Part shown: piece by piece, positions 19,468 to 28,806 of the stretch
How the letters are laid out: the number at the start of each line of letters is the position of its first letter
Numbering within the stretch: position 1 is the first letter of the stretch
Assembly (NCBI GenBank): GCA_963782055.1
Contig: CAWAIF010000003.1
Span: 5,952,001 to 6,016,000 of the forward strand
DNA: 64,000 nucleotides
Direction of reading: 5' to 3'
DNA from: an uncultured delta proteobacterium
GTDB taxonomy: Bacteria; Myxococcota_A; Polyangia; Polyangiales; Polyangiaceae
Program-made: the position numbers and the translations under genes
The notes under the pieces: generated by a model
What the model saw: the letters and a program-made list of their open reading frames with translations, nothing else
Databases searched by the model: none
Told to the model about the DNA's origin: nothing

Positions 19468-20114
19468 GCGGCAAGAAGGTGAAGAAGGGGCACCCCTTCG
19501 CCGCGCTGCGCGACGTGAAGCTCGAGCCGAAGGCGCAGCCCGCCGCGCCGCGCCCTCGCAAGGCGCCGAAGGTCAGCGCCCAGGACGAGGAGCTCGCCTT
19601 CCACCGGATGATGGCGGGCGTCACGCCGATGCGGGGCAAGTCGCGCATGCCGCGCAGCGTGGAGGTGCCCCAGCCCAGCGCGGAGAAGAAGGCGGCCCAG
19701 CGCGCGCAGCTGGAGCCGGAGCGCGACGCCGAGGACGCGCGCTCGCGGCTGGACGGCCTGGTGAAGACGCGCTTCGAGGTGCGCGACGACGGGCGGCGCG
19801 CGGAGGGCCGCCGCGTCGAGACGCCGCCGGCGGTGCTCCGGCAGCTCAAGCAGGGACGCTTCCCCATCGATGCGCGGCTGGACGTGCGCGCGCTGCCCTC
19901 CGCCGACGCGCGCGTCTCCATCGATGCCTTCCTCCGCAAGATGCGCTCGCGCGGGGAGCGCTGCGTGCTCGTCGCTTACGGCGCCGAGGAAGGCAAGACC
20001 CTGCGCGGCGAGGTCACCGCGTGGCTCTCGCAGGGCGCGACGAGCGCGCAGGTCTCCGCCTTCGCCACGCCGGCCGACGACGAGCACGCCGTGGTGATCC
20101 TTCTCCGCCGCTGA
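19464..20114 (+). CDS. Smr/MutS-domain protein
   Basis: F..MMAGVTP, LRQLKQGRFPIDARLDV, RCVLV, LRGEVTAWL, VSAFAT, AVVILLRR. Confidence 0.8.
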   Translation: MSGKKVKKGHPFAALRDVKLEPKAQPAAPRPRKAPKVSAQDEELAFHRMMAGVTPMRGKSRMPRSVEVPQPSAEKKAAQRAQLEPERDAEDARSRLDGLVKTRFEVRDDGRRAEGRRVETPPAVLRQLKQGRFPIDARLDVRALPSADARVSIDAFLRKMRSRGERCVLVAYGAEEGKTLRGEVTAWLSQGATSAQVSAFATPADDEHAVVILLRR

Positions 20115-20276
20115 CGGGAGCCCCCCCGAGACTGAGCCGCGACCGGTCATGACGCGCAGCGGCACGGCGAAGAACGCCATGGCGTCGCGAAGCGACGGGT
20201 ATTAGGCTCGCCGGACCTGCGGGCAAGCCCCCGCGGCGAGCGGTGTGAAGGGGGCAGCCGACTTTCGGAGCACAAG

Positions 20277-21194
20277 ATGGTCGACAAGGTTCAGAAGATC
20301 TGGCTCGACGGCGAGCTCTTGGACTGGGACGCGGCGAACGTCCACATCCTCACGCACAGCCTCCACTACGGGCTGGGCGCGTTCGAGGGCATCCGCGCCT
20401 ACAAGCGACCGAACGGGTCCTACGTCTTCCGCCTGAAGGAGCACATCGACCGCCTCTACGACACCTGCAAGCTGACGCTGCTGGCGCCCAAGCCCTCGCA
20501 CGCGCAGGTGATGGAGGCGTGCGTCGAGCTGCTGCGCGCCAACAAGATGGAGGAGGGCTACCTCCGGCCGATGGTCTTCGTGGGCGAGGGCGCGATGGGC
20601 ATCTACGCGCCGAACAACCCGGTGCGCACCACCGTCATCGCGTGGAAGTGGGGCGCGTATCTCGGCGACGAAGCGCTCAAGAACGGCATCCGCGCCAAGA
20701 TCAGCTCCTTCGCACGGCACCACATCAACGTGTCGCTGGCCAAGGGCAAGATCATGGGCCAGTACACCAACAGCGTGCTCGCCAAGCGCGAGGCGAAGTT
20801 CGGCGGCTACGACGAGGCCATCATGCTCGACGTCCAGGGCTACGTCTCGGAGGGCACGGGCGAGAACATCTTCATCGTGAAGGACGGCGTGCTCATCACG
20901 CCGGATCTCTCCGCCTCCATCCTCGCCGGCATCACCCGCGACACCGTGCTGACGCTCGCCCGCGAGGAGGGCATCCCGGTGCGCGAGGAACGCATCACCC
21001 GCGACCAGCTCTGGCTCGCCGACGAGGCCTTCTTCACCGGCACCGCCGCCGAGGTCACGCCCATCCGCGAGGTGGACAACCGCACCGTCGGCGAGGGCAA
21101 GCCCGGACCGGTCACGCTGCGCGTACAGAAGCGCTTCTTCGACATCGTCAAGGGCAACGACGCCTCGCACCCCGAGTGGCTCACCAAGGTTTGA
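20277..21194 (+). CDS. ilvE: Branched-chain amino acid aminotransferase
   Basis: THSLHYGLGAFEGIRAY, EGTGENIF, ILAGITRDTV, ADEAFFTGTAAEVTPI. Confidence 0.97.
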   Translation: MVDKVQKIWLDGELLDWDAANVHILTHSLHYGLGAFEGIRAYKRPNGSYVFRLKEHIDRLYDTCKLTLLAPKPSHAQVMEACVELLRANKMEEGYLRPMVFVGEGAMGIYAPNNPVRTTVIAWKWGAYLGDEALKNGIRAKISSFARHHINVSLAKGKIMGQYTNSVLAKREAKFGGYDEAIMLDVQGYVSEGTGENIFIVKDGVLITPDLSASILAGITRDTVLTLAREEGIPVREERITRDQLWLADEAFFTGTAAEVTPIREVDNRTVGEGKPGPVTLRVQKRFFDIVKGNDASHPEWLTKV

Positions 21195-21832
21195 GGCTGG
21201 CGCTCACGGTCGCCGTCACGGTCGCGATCGTGGGGTGCGCGGGCGGCTCCTCCAGGCCTGGCCCGGCGCCGCCCCCGGCCGCCACCGCGCCCTCCGGCCC
21301 GCCCACCTTCTCCGCACGAGCGCGCTACCCGCGCTTCCACTCCACGCGCTTCGGGCTCTCCCTGCCGCTGCCCGAGGGCAAGCAGTGGCGCATCGACGAC
21401 CACTCGCATCGCGAGCTCCGGGCCACGCACGCGCCGACGCGCTCGGAGGTGCGCGTGTATGCCTGGCGAGAGCGCGACCTGATGAACCGCGCCCGCTGCG
21501 AGGGACGCGCGCGCGATCTTGGCCTGGTGCCCGACCTGGACGCCACCATGCTCGAGCAGGAGGTGGTGACGCAGCCGGCGGGATGGGACGGCCGCGTGTG
21601 GCTGGGCCTGGAGACCCGGAGCACCGGCGCGGGAAAGCCCACCCTGATCGGCCACCTGATGGAGTTCTCTGCACGGATGAGGCGCTGCCTCTTCTTCTAC
21701 TACCGGACGGAGGTGCCCGGCGGCGATGAGCGGATGCTCTCCGCCCGCCTCGCCGTCATCCGCCTGCGGGTGCTGGGGGACCTCACCGTGGACTCCTTCG
21801 GAGTGGTCCAGCGCCAGCCTTTCGAGGAGTGA
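21191..21832 (+). CDS. Hypothetical lipoprotein
   Basis: TTG overlaps the ilvE stop; VAIVGC lipobox. Confidence 0.65.
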   Translation: MRLALTVAVTVAIVGCAGGSSRPGPAPPPAATAPSGPPTFSARARYPRFHSTRFGLSLPLPEGKQWRIDDHSHRELRATHAPTRSEVRVYAWRERDLMNRARCEGRARDLGLVPDLDATMLEQEVVTQPAGWDGRVWLGLETRSTGAGKPTLIGHLMEFSARMRRCLFFYYRTEVPGGDERMLSARLAVIRLRVLGDLTVDSFGVVQRQPFEE

Positions 21833-22120
21833 CCGGCCCGCTCCGGCCCCCTGCATCTCTTGCGCTTACCGCCGATCCGGGTTCTCCTCGGTGGGTCACG
21901 ACTGTTTCCGGTTTTGACACGACGCTCTCTCCGATTCTGGAGAAGGTCGCGGCGCGCGGCGAGGTTTCGTGGCGGGCCCGTTGGGTCGCAGCAGGCAACG
22001 GCACGTGGGGCAGGCGGGGTCCCCTCCTGCAGCTCTCGCGCGGTGTTGGCGGCCCCTCCGTGTCAGAGCGCGTGGCGCGTTCCGCGCACCCCTGGGCCGT
22101 CCACTGCGAGACGATCAACC

Positions 22121-22537
22121 ATGGGTACGAGGCTCTACGTCGGGAATCTTTCGTTCAGCTCCACGGACGACACGCTGCGCGCGGCGTTCGCCGAATCGGG
22201 CGAGGTGGTCGATGCCCACATCGTCAAGGACCGTGAGACCGGCCGCTCCCGCGGCTTCGGCTTCATCACCATGGGCAGCGACGAGCAGGCGCAGCGCGCC
22301 ATCCAGTCGATGAACGGGGCGATGCTCGACGGGCGCCCGCTGCGCGTCAACGAGGCGCAGGAGCGCGCCGACCGCGGCTTCGGCGGTGGCGGTGGCGGGG
22401 GCGGCGGGGGCGGCGGCTACGGCGGCGGGGGCGGTTACGGCGGTGGCGGCGGCTACGGCGGCGGCGGCGGGCGCGGCGGACGCGGCGGCGGGCGTGGCGG
22501 CGGCGGGCGTGGAGACCGCGGCGGCCGCGGACGCTGA
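22121..22537 (+). CDS. RRM RNA-binding protein with Gly/Arg-rich tail
   Basis: RNP2 LYVGNLS, RNP1 RGFGFITM, DRETGRS; GGGGY/RGG tail. Confidence 0.95.
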   Translation: MGTRLYVGNLSFSSTDDTLRAAFAESGEVVDAHIVKDRETGRSRGFGFITMGSDEQAQRAIQSMNGAMLDGRPLRVNEAQERADRGFGGGGGGGGGGGGYGGGGGYGGGGGYGGGGGRGGRGGGRGGGGRGDRGGRGR

Positions 22538-22560
22538 TCGGCGCGCCCTACACAGGACAA

Positions 22561-22610
22561 CGGCCCGGTCCCCCACGTGAGCACGTGAGGGCCGGGCCGC
22601 CTTGCTTTGT
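22561..22610 (+). terminator. Probable intrinsic terminator
   Basis: GC-rich hairpin CGGCCCGGTCCC..GGGCCGGGCCG followed by CCTTGCTTTGT. Confidence 0.45.
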
Positions 22611-22697
22611 CCCGCGCGCTCGCTCGATACCGGGCCACGATCTTTGTGGACGATTTGTCGCCGCCGGCGTCCTCGCCCCGCGCGTAGCGTCGAGCGC

Positions 22698-24347
22698 ATG
22701 AAGAGCACCCCAAGGGAGGGCATCGCCCGGGTCGTCAATCTGGTCCTCGTCATCGCCGCGGCAGCATGCTCCGGCAACCACGAGGACGTCGGAACGGGCG
22801 CGCAGAAGCTCATCTCGCTCGGAAGCCTCGTTCACGTGGACGCCGCCGACACCACGGCTGAAGACCACAACCTCTCCGGTGTCTTCACCCAGGCCTCCAG
22901 CCCGACGGCGCCCAACATCTACGCCGTCGGATTCGAGAACGACGAGACAGACTACTCAAATCTGCCGAACTATCCGTTCGGCTGGGCGTGGTCAACGTCG
23001 AGTTCCGGGTCCTACACGAGGTGCTATGATCACGCGACGGGTTGTACGGCGCTCCATACCAGCGCCATCTCCGACTGGTACGCCTGGGGCGGACAGCCGA
23101 GCCTCGCCGCGGACGGGGTCGGGAACGTCGCGTACGTCACCCTCTACAAGTCATCGTCCACGTCGGGCCTCGACCAGGTCGCGGTCGTCATGTCGCACGA
23201 CGGCGGCGAGACCTTCGGGGGGAGCGACGGCAAGATGCTGTCCCTCACCGACGGCGCCGGGGAGGGGTGCGACTCGGGCACCCAGCGCCTCCCCAACGTG
23301 GCGGTGGACATCACCACGACGCCCCCGACGTACTGGGCGGTCTGGGGCCACAAGGGGTCGGGGTCGTTCGGTGGCTGCATCCGCAGCTTCACCTACGATC
23401 CGACCAGCGACACGGTGAGCACCGGCGGCCCCGCCGCGGCAGGCTACACCATCGACAACATGGAGCGCGAAGGGCTCGACGATGGCCAGGGTGCGCTCAT
23501 CGTGCAGGCCGCCGACGGCATGGTCACCGTCGCGTACGACAACCAGGACAACGTCGCCTCGAGCTGCCCCGCGGGCAACAACGGAATGGCGTGGGAGACG
23601 GTGAGCACGGTCAACGGGGCGGACTGGACCTCCAAGAGCCGCGTCGTCCACACCAGCACATTCGACTGGTGCGCGATCGGGAACACCGACGGCACGGACG
23701 ACTCCACGTCGCGGATCATCAAGGGCACTCGTGAGTTCGACTTCATCGTCGCACCCGACGGCAACTCGTACCTGGCCGTGAACGACACCAACGACTCCAT
23801 CCGGCTCTACATGAGCGCGACGCGAGGTGTGAAGATCCCCGGGATCGGCGCCACCAACGACAGCCCGTGGCGAGAGTATTGTGACGGGGGCAGCGGGGCC
23901 ACCAGTAACTGGACCGCTCCCGGCGCCGCATGCTCTACCGCGCTCGTCGCCCCCGGGACGGAGGTGTTTCGCCCGGTGCTCTCGGCCGACGGCAACAGCC
24001 GTATCTCGCTGATGTGGTACCAGCGTGTGGACCCTGTGGGTGGCGGGCACGGCGTGGAGGTCGAGTACATGGGCAACGTGGCCCCTCGAATGCAGTCGAG
24101 CCCCGCGTCGGGGTTGCAGGGCGGCAGCTTCCAAGGCCCAACTACGCTGGAGAGTTTCTTCGATCCGAACCCGAGCCTGTACACCGATCGTCATAAGGCC
24201 CTGGGGTTCTACATGACCATGCCCTCATCACGGCTGGCTGCTGCAGCCGCGCTCGGCACCAACGACGCGCAGCCGTACTGGACGTTCGTAAGCAGCGCGC
24301 CCTTGCGTGTCATCGACACGCGGAGCGTCACGCTAACGCCTCCTTGA
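22698..24347 (+). CDS. Large lipoprotein with Asp-box (sialidase-like beta-propeller) features
   Basis: IAAAAC lipobox; SHDGGETF Asp-box; Ser/Thr/Gly-rich beta-type sequence with paired Cys. Confidence 0.75.
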   Translation: MKSTPREGIARVVNLVLVIAAAACSGNHEDVGTGAQKLISLGSLVHVDAADTTAEDHNLSGVFTQASSPTAPNIYAVGFENDETDYSNLPNYPFGWAWSTSSSGSYTRCYDHATGCTALHTSAISDWYAWGGQPSLAADGVGNVAYVTLYKSSSTSGLDQVAVVMSHDGGETFGGSDGKMLSLTDGAGEGCDSGTQRLPNVAVDITTTPPTYWAVWGHKGSGSFGGCIRSFTYDPTSDTVSTGGPAAAGYTIDNMEREGLDDGQGALIVQAADGMVTVAYDNQDNVASSCPAGNNGMAWETVSTVNGADWTSKSRVVHTSTFDWCAIGNTDGTDDSTSRIIKGTREFDFIVAPDGNSYLAVNDTNDSIRLYMSATRGVKIPGIGATNDSPWREYCDGGSGATSNWTAPGAACSTALVAPGTEVFRPVLSADGNSRISLMWYQRVDPVGGGHGVEVEYMGNVAPRMQSSPASGLQGGSFQGPTTLESFFDPNPSLYTDRHKALGFYMTMPSSRLAAAAALGTNDAQPYWTFVSSAPLRVIDTRSVTLTPP

Positions 24348-24378
24348 CCTCGTGGCACAAGCTGCTAAACCGCGGAGG

Positions 24379-25122
24379 ATGCGGCGAGCCGCGCTCCGAT
24401 TCATCGCCCTCGTGGGCGCCGGTGCCCTCATCGTCGCTGGCGCCTGCGGGGGCAAGCTCGTTGGCTACGACACCCCCGGTGGCTTCGATGACGCTGGCGT
24501 GTTCCATCAGCCCGACGGTGCTGTCCTGTTCGGGCCGGGCTCCGGCTGCGCCGGCTTCGACGCGGCGGCGTACACGCCCGCGCCGGCTTGTTCACCGCTC
24601 TCGCCGGTGCACGACCTCGTCGCAGACACGAACTCAACGTGCAACACGTGGGCAGGGAACTTTTCCATCGGGTACCCCGTGTACACCCTGTGCTGGGCGT
24701 GTCCCTCCGCCCAAGATCCTCGATGTGCCCAGGACGCCGGACCGTACGCTTGCGGTGCCCAACTCGACCCCCGGAAGGATGGGGGTGCTCCGGTCCGGTG
24801 CAACCCGGGGCCTGAGGGCGACGCGTACTGCGCGGCGTTCTACCAGCAGTTCGTCCGCGGCGACGGGAAGGCGATGGGCAGATGCGACATGGTCTGCCTC
24901 CCGAACGACAACTGCGATTGTTGGAAGGATGCTCCCTATGAGAGGAACGGCACGGACCACAAGTACGGGGACTGGGGGTACAGTCCGCGATGCCCGGACC
25001 GGGACTTCGTCGGGATGTGCGTCGACCCCTGCGGAGGAGGGCATGCCGTACCGGAGAGCCTGTGCGTCAAGCGGCCTGGGAGGACGGCGTCGATGGAGGG
25101 GTACTGCGCCGATCCGCCGTGA
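24379..25122 (+). CDS. Cys-rich lipoprotein A
   Basis: VAGAC lipobox; paralog of 27839..28597 (DDAGVFHQPDGA, RCNPG..GDAYCAAF.QQ, HKYGDW, PRCPD.DF, CADPP). Confidence 0.85.
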   Translation: MRRAALRFIALVGAGALIVAGACGGKLVGYDTPGGFDDAGVFHQPDGAVLFGPGSGCAGFDAAAYTPAPACSPLSPVHDLVADTNSTCNTWAGNFSIGYPVYTLCWACPSAQDPRCAQDAGPYACGAQLDPRKDGGAPVRCNPGPEGDAYCAAFYQQFVRGDGKAMGRCDMVCLPNDNCDCWKDAPYERNGTDHKYGDWGYSPRCPDRDFVGMCVDPCGGGHAVPESLCVKRPGRTASMEGYCADPP

Positions 25123-25203
25123 TCCGTCGAGCGCTACCGGGCCGGGACGAGCCGGTAGCCCAGCCCGGCGACGGCCTCGATGACGGCACGAGAACCGGCG
25201 AGC
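25016..25203 (+). repeat. ~190-bp direct repeat, copy 1 (3' end of lipoprotein A plus 3' end of the convergent response regulator)
   Basis: Near-identical to 28611..28806. Confidence 0.92.
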
Positions 25204-25329
25204 CACCCTGGTCCGTCCTTCCAGTGACACCGGACGGCCCCACTTCGCATAAGTAAGAGTCGATTGCGTGAGCGCGCCGGGTCGCGGCGCCGGTCGCGTG
25301 GCGCGGGTGCGCGGTCGCGAAATCGACGG

Positions 25330-25355
25330 TTGGACGAAGCCGGTGCGCGGCAGCG
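25330..25355 (+). repeat. 26-bp inverted repeat, left
   Basis: TTGGACGAAGCCGGTGCGCGGCAGCG; reverse complement of 27742-27767 with one mismatch. Confidence 0.9.
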
Positions 25356-25580
25356 GCGAGGCGGTGGCCTCGGAGCCCTATGGGGAAGTTGGCGGCGTGT
25401 GGGTCACGTGTGCGGGTGCGCGAGGTGCCGAGCGGGCGGCGGGACGGCGCTCGACGCGGGCGTCCCGGAGCGCGCAGCGGGCAGCCGTGCGTGCTCGGAG
25501 GGCGGGTTTTCGTGGCGCGGATGGACAGGGGCCTGGGCCGCACTCGTGGAGCGAGCGCAGTGGAGCACGACGCGGGGAGA

Positions 25581-26738
25581 TCATGCGGCCCCCGGCGGGG
25601 CGCGAGCTCGGGGCTCGGGCAGCGCGGTGCGCACGAGGGCAGGCGTGTGGCAAGCGGGGCAGCGGCGCAGGTCGATGCCCGCGATTCGCAGCAGCAGGTC
25701 GGCGGCGTCGGCACGGCGCTCCGGTCGCGCAGCGGGCGCGTGCGGACCCAGTCTGCGGCGCGCGGTCTCGAGGCGCGTGGTGGCGTGGCTGGCGGAGTGC
25801 AGGCCGTAGTGGCGGATCTTGACGAAGCCGCGCGGCAGCACGTGCTGGACGAAGCGCGCGAGCAGCTCCTCGGCCGGGACGGTGACCGACTTGCCGTCTC
25901 TGGTGCGGAAGGTGACGCCGCGCTCGCCCATCGAGACGAAGCGGTGGTTGCAGATGCCGACGCGGTGCGTGTAGCGACCGAGGTAGCGGATGACCTGAGC
26001 GGGGCCGCCGAAGGGTCGCTTGGCGTAGACGACCCAGGCCTTGCGTCGGAGCGCCAGCAGGTCGACGCCGCCCAGGTCGACGAGGCCGCGCGCGTGGGCG
26101 CGCTCGAGAGCGGCGAGCATCTTGCCGCGAAAGAGGGCGCCCATCACGCGCACGGGGAAGAGGAAGCGACGGCGCGCGCGCACCCAGCGCGCGGCGTCGC
26201 CGGTGAGTCCGCCGCCGGTGACGATGGCGTGCACGTGGGGGTGGAAGAGCAGCGCGCGCGTCCAGGTGTGCAGGACCATCGTGACGCCGAGCTCGGCGCC
26301 GAGCCACTTCGGATCCCGCGCGAGGGTGGCCAGCGTGTCGGCCGCGCTCGCGAAGAGCATGTCGAAGACCCGCGCGCGCGAGCGCCGCGCGACGGTGCGC
26401 AGCTCGGCGGGGAGCGTGAAGACGACGTGGAAGTAGTGCACGGGCAGAATGCGCTCGAGCCGCGTGGCGACCCACCGCGCCTGCGCGAGCGACTGGCACT
26501 TGGGACAGTGCCGGTTGCGGCACGAGTTGTACGACGGTCGCTCGAGCCCGCACGCGGTGCACACGTCCAGATGTCCGCCCAGCGCGGCAGTCCGGCATCG
26601 CTCGATCGCCCGCAGCGCCGACCGCTCCTCGGGACGCAGCACGCGGCCGCCGGCGAAGGCCTCGCCGTGGGCGCGCACCACGTCCGCGAGCTCGATGGGC
26701 GCCGCGCGCGTGCGCGCGGGCGCACACGACGGGTGCAT
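25581..26738 (-). CDS. IS91-family (Y2/HUH) transposase with Zn-binding N-terminus
   Basis: CRTAALGG, YNSCRNRHCPKCQ, YFHVVFTLP, LHTW..FHPHVH (HUH), YLGRY, HVLPRGFVKIRHYG. Confidence 0.95.
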   Translation of the reverse strand: MHPSCAPARTRAAPIELADVVRAHGEAFAGGRVLRPEERSALRAIERCRTAALGGHLDVCTACGLERPSYNSCRNRHCPKCQSLAQARWVATRLERILPVHYFHVVFTLPAELRTVARRSRARVFDMLFASAADTLATLARDPKWLGAELGVTMVLHTWTRALLFHPHVHAIVTGGGLTGDAARWVRARRRFLFPVRVMGALFRGKMLAALERAHARGLVDLGGVDLLALRRKAWVVYAKRPFGGPAQVIRYLGRYTHRVGICNHRFVSMGERGVTFRTRDGKSVTVPAEELLARFVQHVLPRGFVKIRHYGLHSASHATTRLETARRRLGPHAPAARPERRADAADLLLRIAGIDLRRCPACHTPALVRTALPEPRARAPPGAA

Positions 26739-26744
26739 CGGGGC

Positions 26745-27588
26745 TCAGGGCAGCGCGTCGAGGGGGCTCTGAATCGACTGCACGCGGGCGGTGCTCACGT
26801 GCAGGTAGGCCATCGTGCTCCTGAGCGACGCGTGCCCGAGCAAGACCTGCAACGTGCGAAGGTCGGTCCCTGCGTCGAGCAGGTGCGTGGCGAAGCTGTG
26901 GCGCAGCGTGTGCGGCGACACGCGCCGGGTGATGCCCGCGCGCCGCGCCGCCTTGAGGATCGCCCGGTGGACGGCCGCGCGCGTGAGGAGCGCCGGGCAC
27001 GCGCCCCGGAAACAGCTGCGGTCCTGCGGGTCGTGACGCCTTCCAGTACGCGCGCAGCGTCGCCAGCAGCCTCGCGCTGAGCATCACGTAGCGCTCACGC
27101 CCGCGCTTGGTGTGCCGCACGTGCAGGAGCATCCGCTTCGGATCGATGTCGTCCACCCGGAGCTTGCACACCTCGCTCACGCGCAGCCCCGCCCCGTAGG
27201 CGAGCATCACCAGGGCCCGGTGCTTGTGGCTCGTGAGCGCCGCGAGCAGCCGCGCCACCTCCGCGCTCGTCAGCACCACCGGCACGTGCATCGGCACCCG
27301 CATGCGCGCCATCCCCAGCGTCGCCTCCGGCCGCTCCAGCGTCACCTCGTAGAGAAACCTCAGCGCGGCCGCGTGCACGTTGACCGTCAGCGCCGCCAGC
27401 CTGCGCTCCGCCACCAGGTGCAAGAGGAACGTCCGGATCTCCGCCGCCCCCAGCGCGCACGGCGACCGCCCGTGGTACTGCGCGAACCGCCGCACGCACC
27501 CCACGTACGTGGCGATCGTGTTGGCGCTCATCCCTCGCAGCGCGAGGTCCTCGCTCATCGTGTCCCGCAGTCTTCGCTTCGCACCCAT
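26745..27588 (-). CDS. Tyrosine recombinase/integrase with N-terminal SAM-like domain; one frameshift at ~26988
   Basis: [15 protein letters not shown] in ORF 25378..27588; a second frame continues [35 protein letters not shown] to the stop at 26745. Confidence 0.9.
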
Positions 27589-27741
27589 CGCGGCCTCCTT
27601 CGGCTCCGCGCGCGCCCACGAGCGGGCGGCGCGCGCCGCAGGATCGCCCGCATCACGGCATGCGAGGGCTACGAGGCGGGCTCGTCACCGCGCACACGCT
27701 CGCGAGGCTCCCGGCTCGCGAGCGAGCTTGATGCGGAGCCA

Positions 27742-27767
27742 CGCTGCCGCGCAGCGGCTTCGTCCAA
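27742..27767 (+). repeat. 26-bp inverted repeat, right
   Basis: CGCTGCCGCGCAGCGGCTTCGTCCAA. Confidence 0.9.
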
Positions 27768-27838
27768 GAGGGATGTCGTAAACTTTCGCGCCCGACCGCG
27801 CTAGCATTTCCTATGCGCGGCTGCTATCCAGACCCCAA

Positions 27839-28597
27839 ATGCTCAGGGCCGCGCTCCGGATCACGACCATCGCATGCGCCACAGGTGTCTTCGCTGCTGG
27901 CGCGTGCGGTGGCATGGTGGTCGGGTACGACATCCCGGGAGGCCTCGATGACGCCGGGGTGTTTCACCAGCCGGACGGCGCGATCCTCTTTGCGCCCGGA
28001 TCGGGCTGCACCGGCTTCGACGCAGCCATCTTCGAGGCGCCGCCGTCGTGCCAGATACAAGTGCGCTCGTCAGAAGTGGATCCGATTCCGGATGAGAACT
28101 CGCGGTGCGCAGTCTGGGGGGCTGGAGCGCTCACGATTCATTATCCTGTCGACACTTACTGCGTCCCCTGCGACCTGGGCGACAAGTGCGCGGCGGACGC
28201 GGGCAAGTGCATCGCCGTGCTGGGGGCGCCTAAGACCCCAGCCCTCAGGTGCAATCCGGGAGCGGCTGGCGATGCGTATTGCGCCGCCTTCTTTCAGCAG
28301 TACGTCCGTGGTAATGGCGTAGCTGCTGGCCGATGCGAACGTCTGTGCTACCAGAACAATAATTGTCAATGTTTCAAGACGAGTCCGGATTCGTCTGGGA
28401 CGCACAAATACGGCGATTGGGACTCCAACCCGCGCTGCCCTGACGAGGATTTCATGGGGACTTGTGTTCCGGACGGACCCGGACCTCATTTCTGCAGCGA
28501 GCACGTAACGTTTGGCGTGAAGCTCCCTGACGGGCTGTGCGTGAGCCGAGACGGGAAGGAGGCCACGCCTGAGCCATTCTGCGCCGACCCTCCTTGA
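27839..28597 (+). CDS. Cys-rich lipoprotein B (divergent paralog of A)
   Basis: AAGAC lipobox; same motif order as 24379..25122; visibly more A/T-ending codons than host genes. Confidence 0.85.
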   Translation: MLRAALRITTIACATGVFAAGACGGMVVGYDIPGGLDDAGVFHQPDGAILFAPGSGCTGFDAAIFEAPPSCQIQVRSSEVDPIPDENSRCAVWGAGALTIHYPVDTYCVPCDLGDKCAADAGKCIAVLGAPKTPALRCNPGAAGDAYCAAFFQQYVRGNGVAAGRCERLCYQNNNCQCFKTSPDSSGTHKYGDWDSNPRCPDEDFMGTCVPDGPGPHFCSEHVTFGVKLPDGLCVSRDGKEATPEPFCADPP

Positions 28598-28610
28598 TTA
28601 CATGAGCGCG

Positions 28611-28806
28611 TGTGCGTCGACCCCTTGCGGAGGGCGGAGGAGGGCATGCCGTCGCGGAGAGCCTGTGGGTCGAGCGGCCTGGGAGGACGGCGTCGATGGA
28701 GGGGTACTGCGCCGATCCGCCGTGATCCGCCGAGCGCTACCGGGCTGGGACGAGCCGGTAGCCCAGCCCGGCGACGGCCTCGATGACGGCACGAGAACCG
28801 GCGAGC
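28611..28806 (+). repeat. ~190-bp direct repeat, copy 2
   Basis: Near-identical to 25016..25203; here the lipoprotein-A part is an orphan remnant with small indels, and the regulator part continues into the full gene. Confidence 0.92.

Larger units (their letters stand above)
25204..27780 (-). mobile_element. Tyrosine recombinase + IS91-family transposase element; ends approximate
   Basis: Tandem int-tnp genes flanked by 26-bp inverted repeats at 25330-25355 and 27742-27767. Confidence 0.8.

Noticed and set aside
22381..22535. GGC-rich tandem repeat
   Set aside because: It encodes the ordinary Gly/RGG tail of the RRM protein.
25242..25269. dif-like site (ACTTCGCATAA resembles a XerC arm)
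   Set aside because: The sequence after the 6-bp spacer (GTCGATTGCGT) does not resemble a XerD arm; it may still be part of the element end.
26745..27588. Integron integrase with cassette array
   Set aside because: The protein is short (~280 aa), appears to lack the IntI-specific insertion, and I found no repeated attC-like sites.
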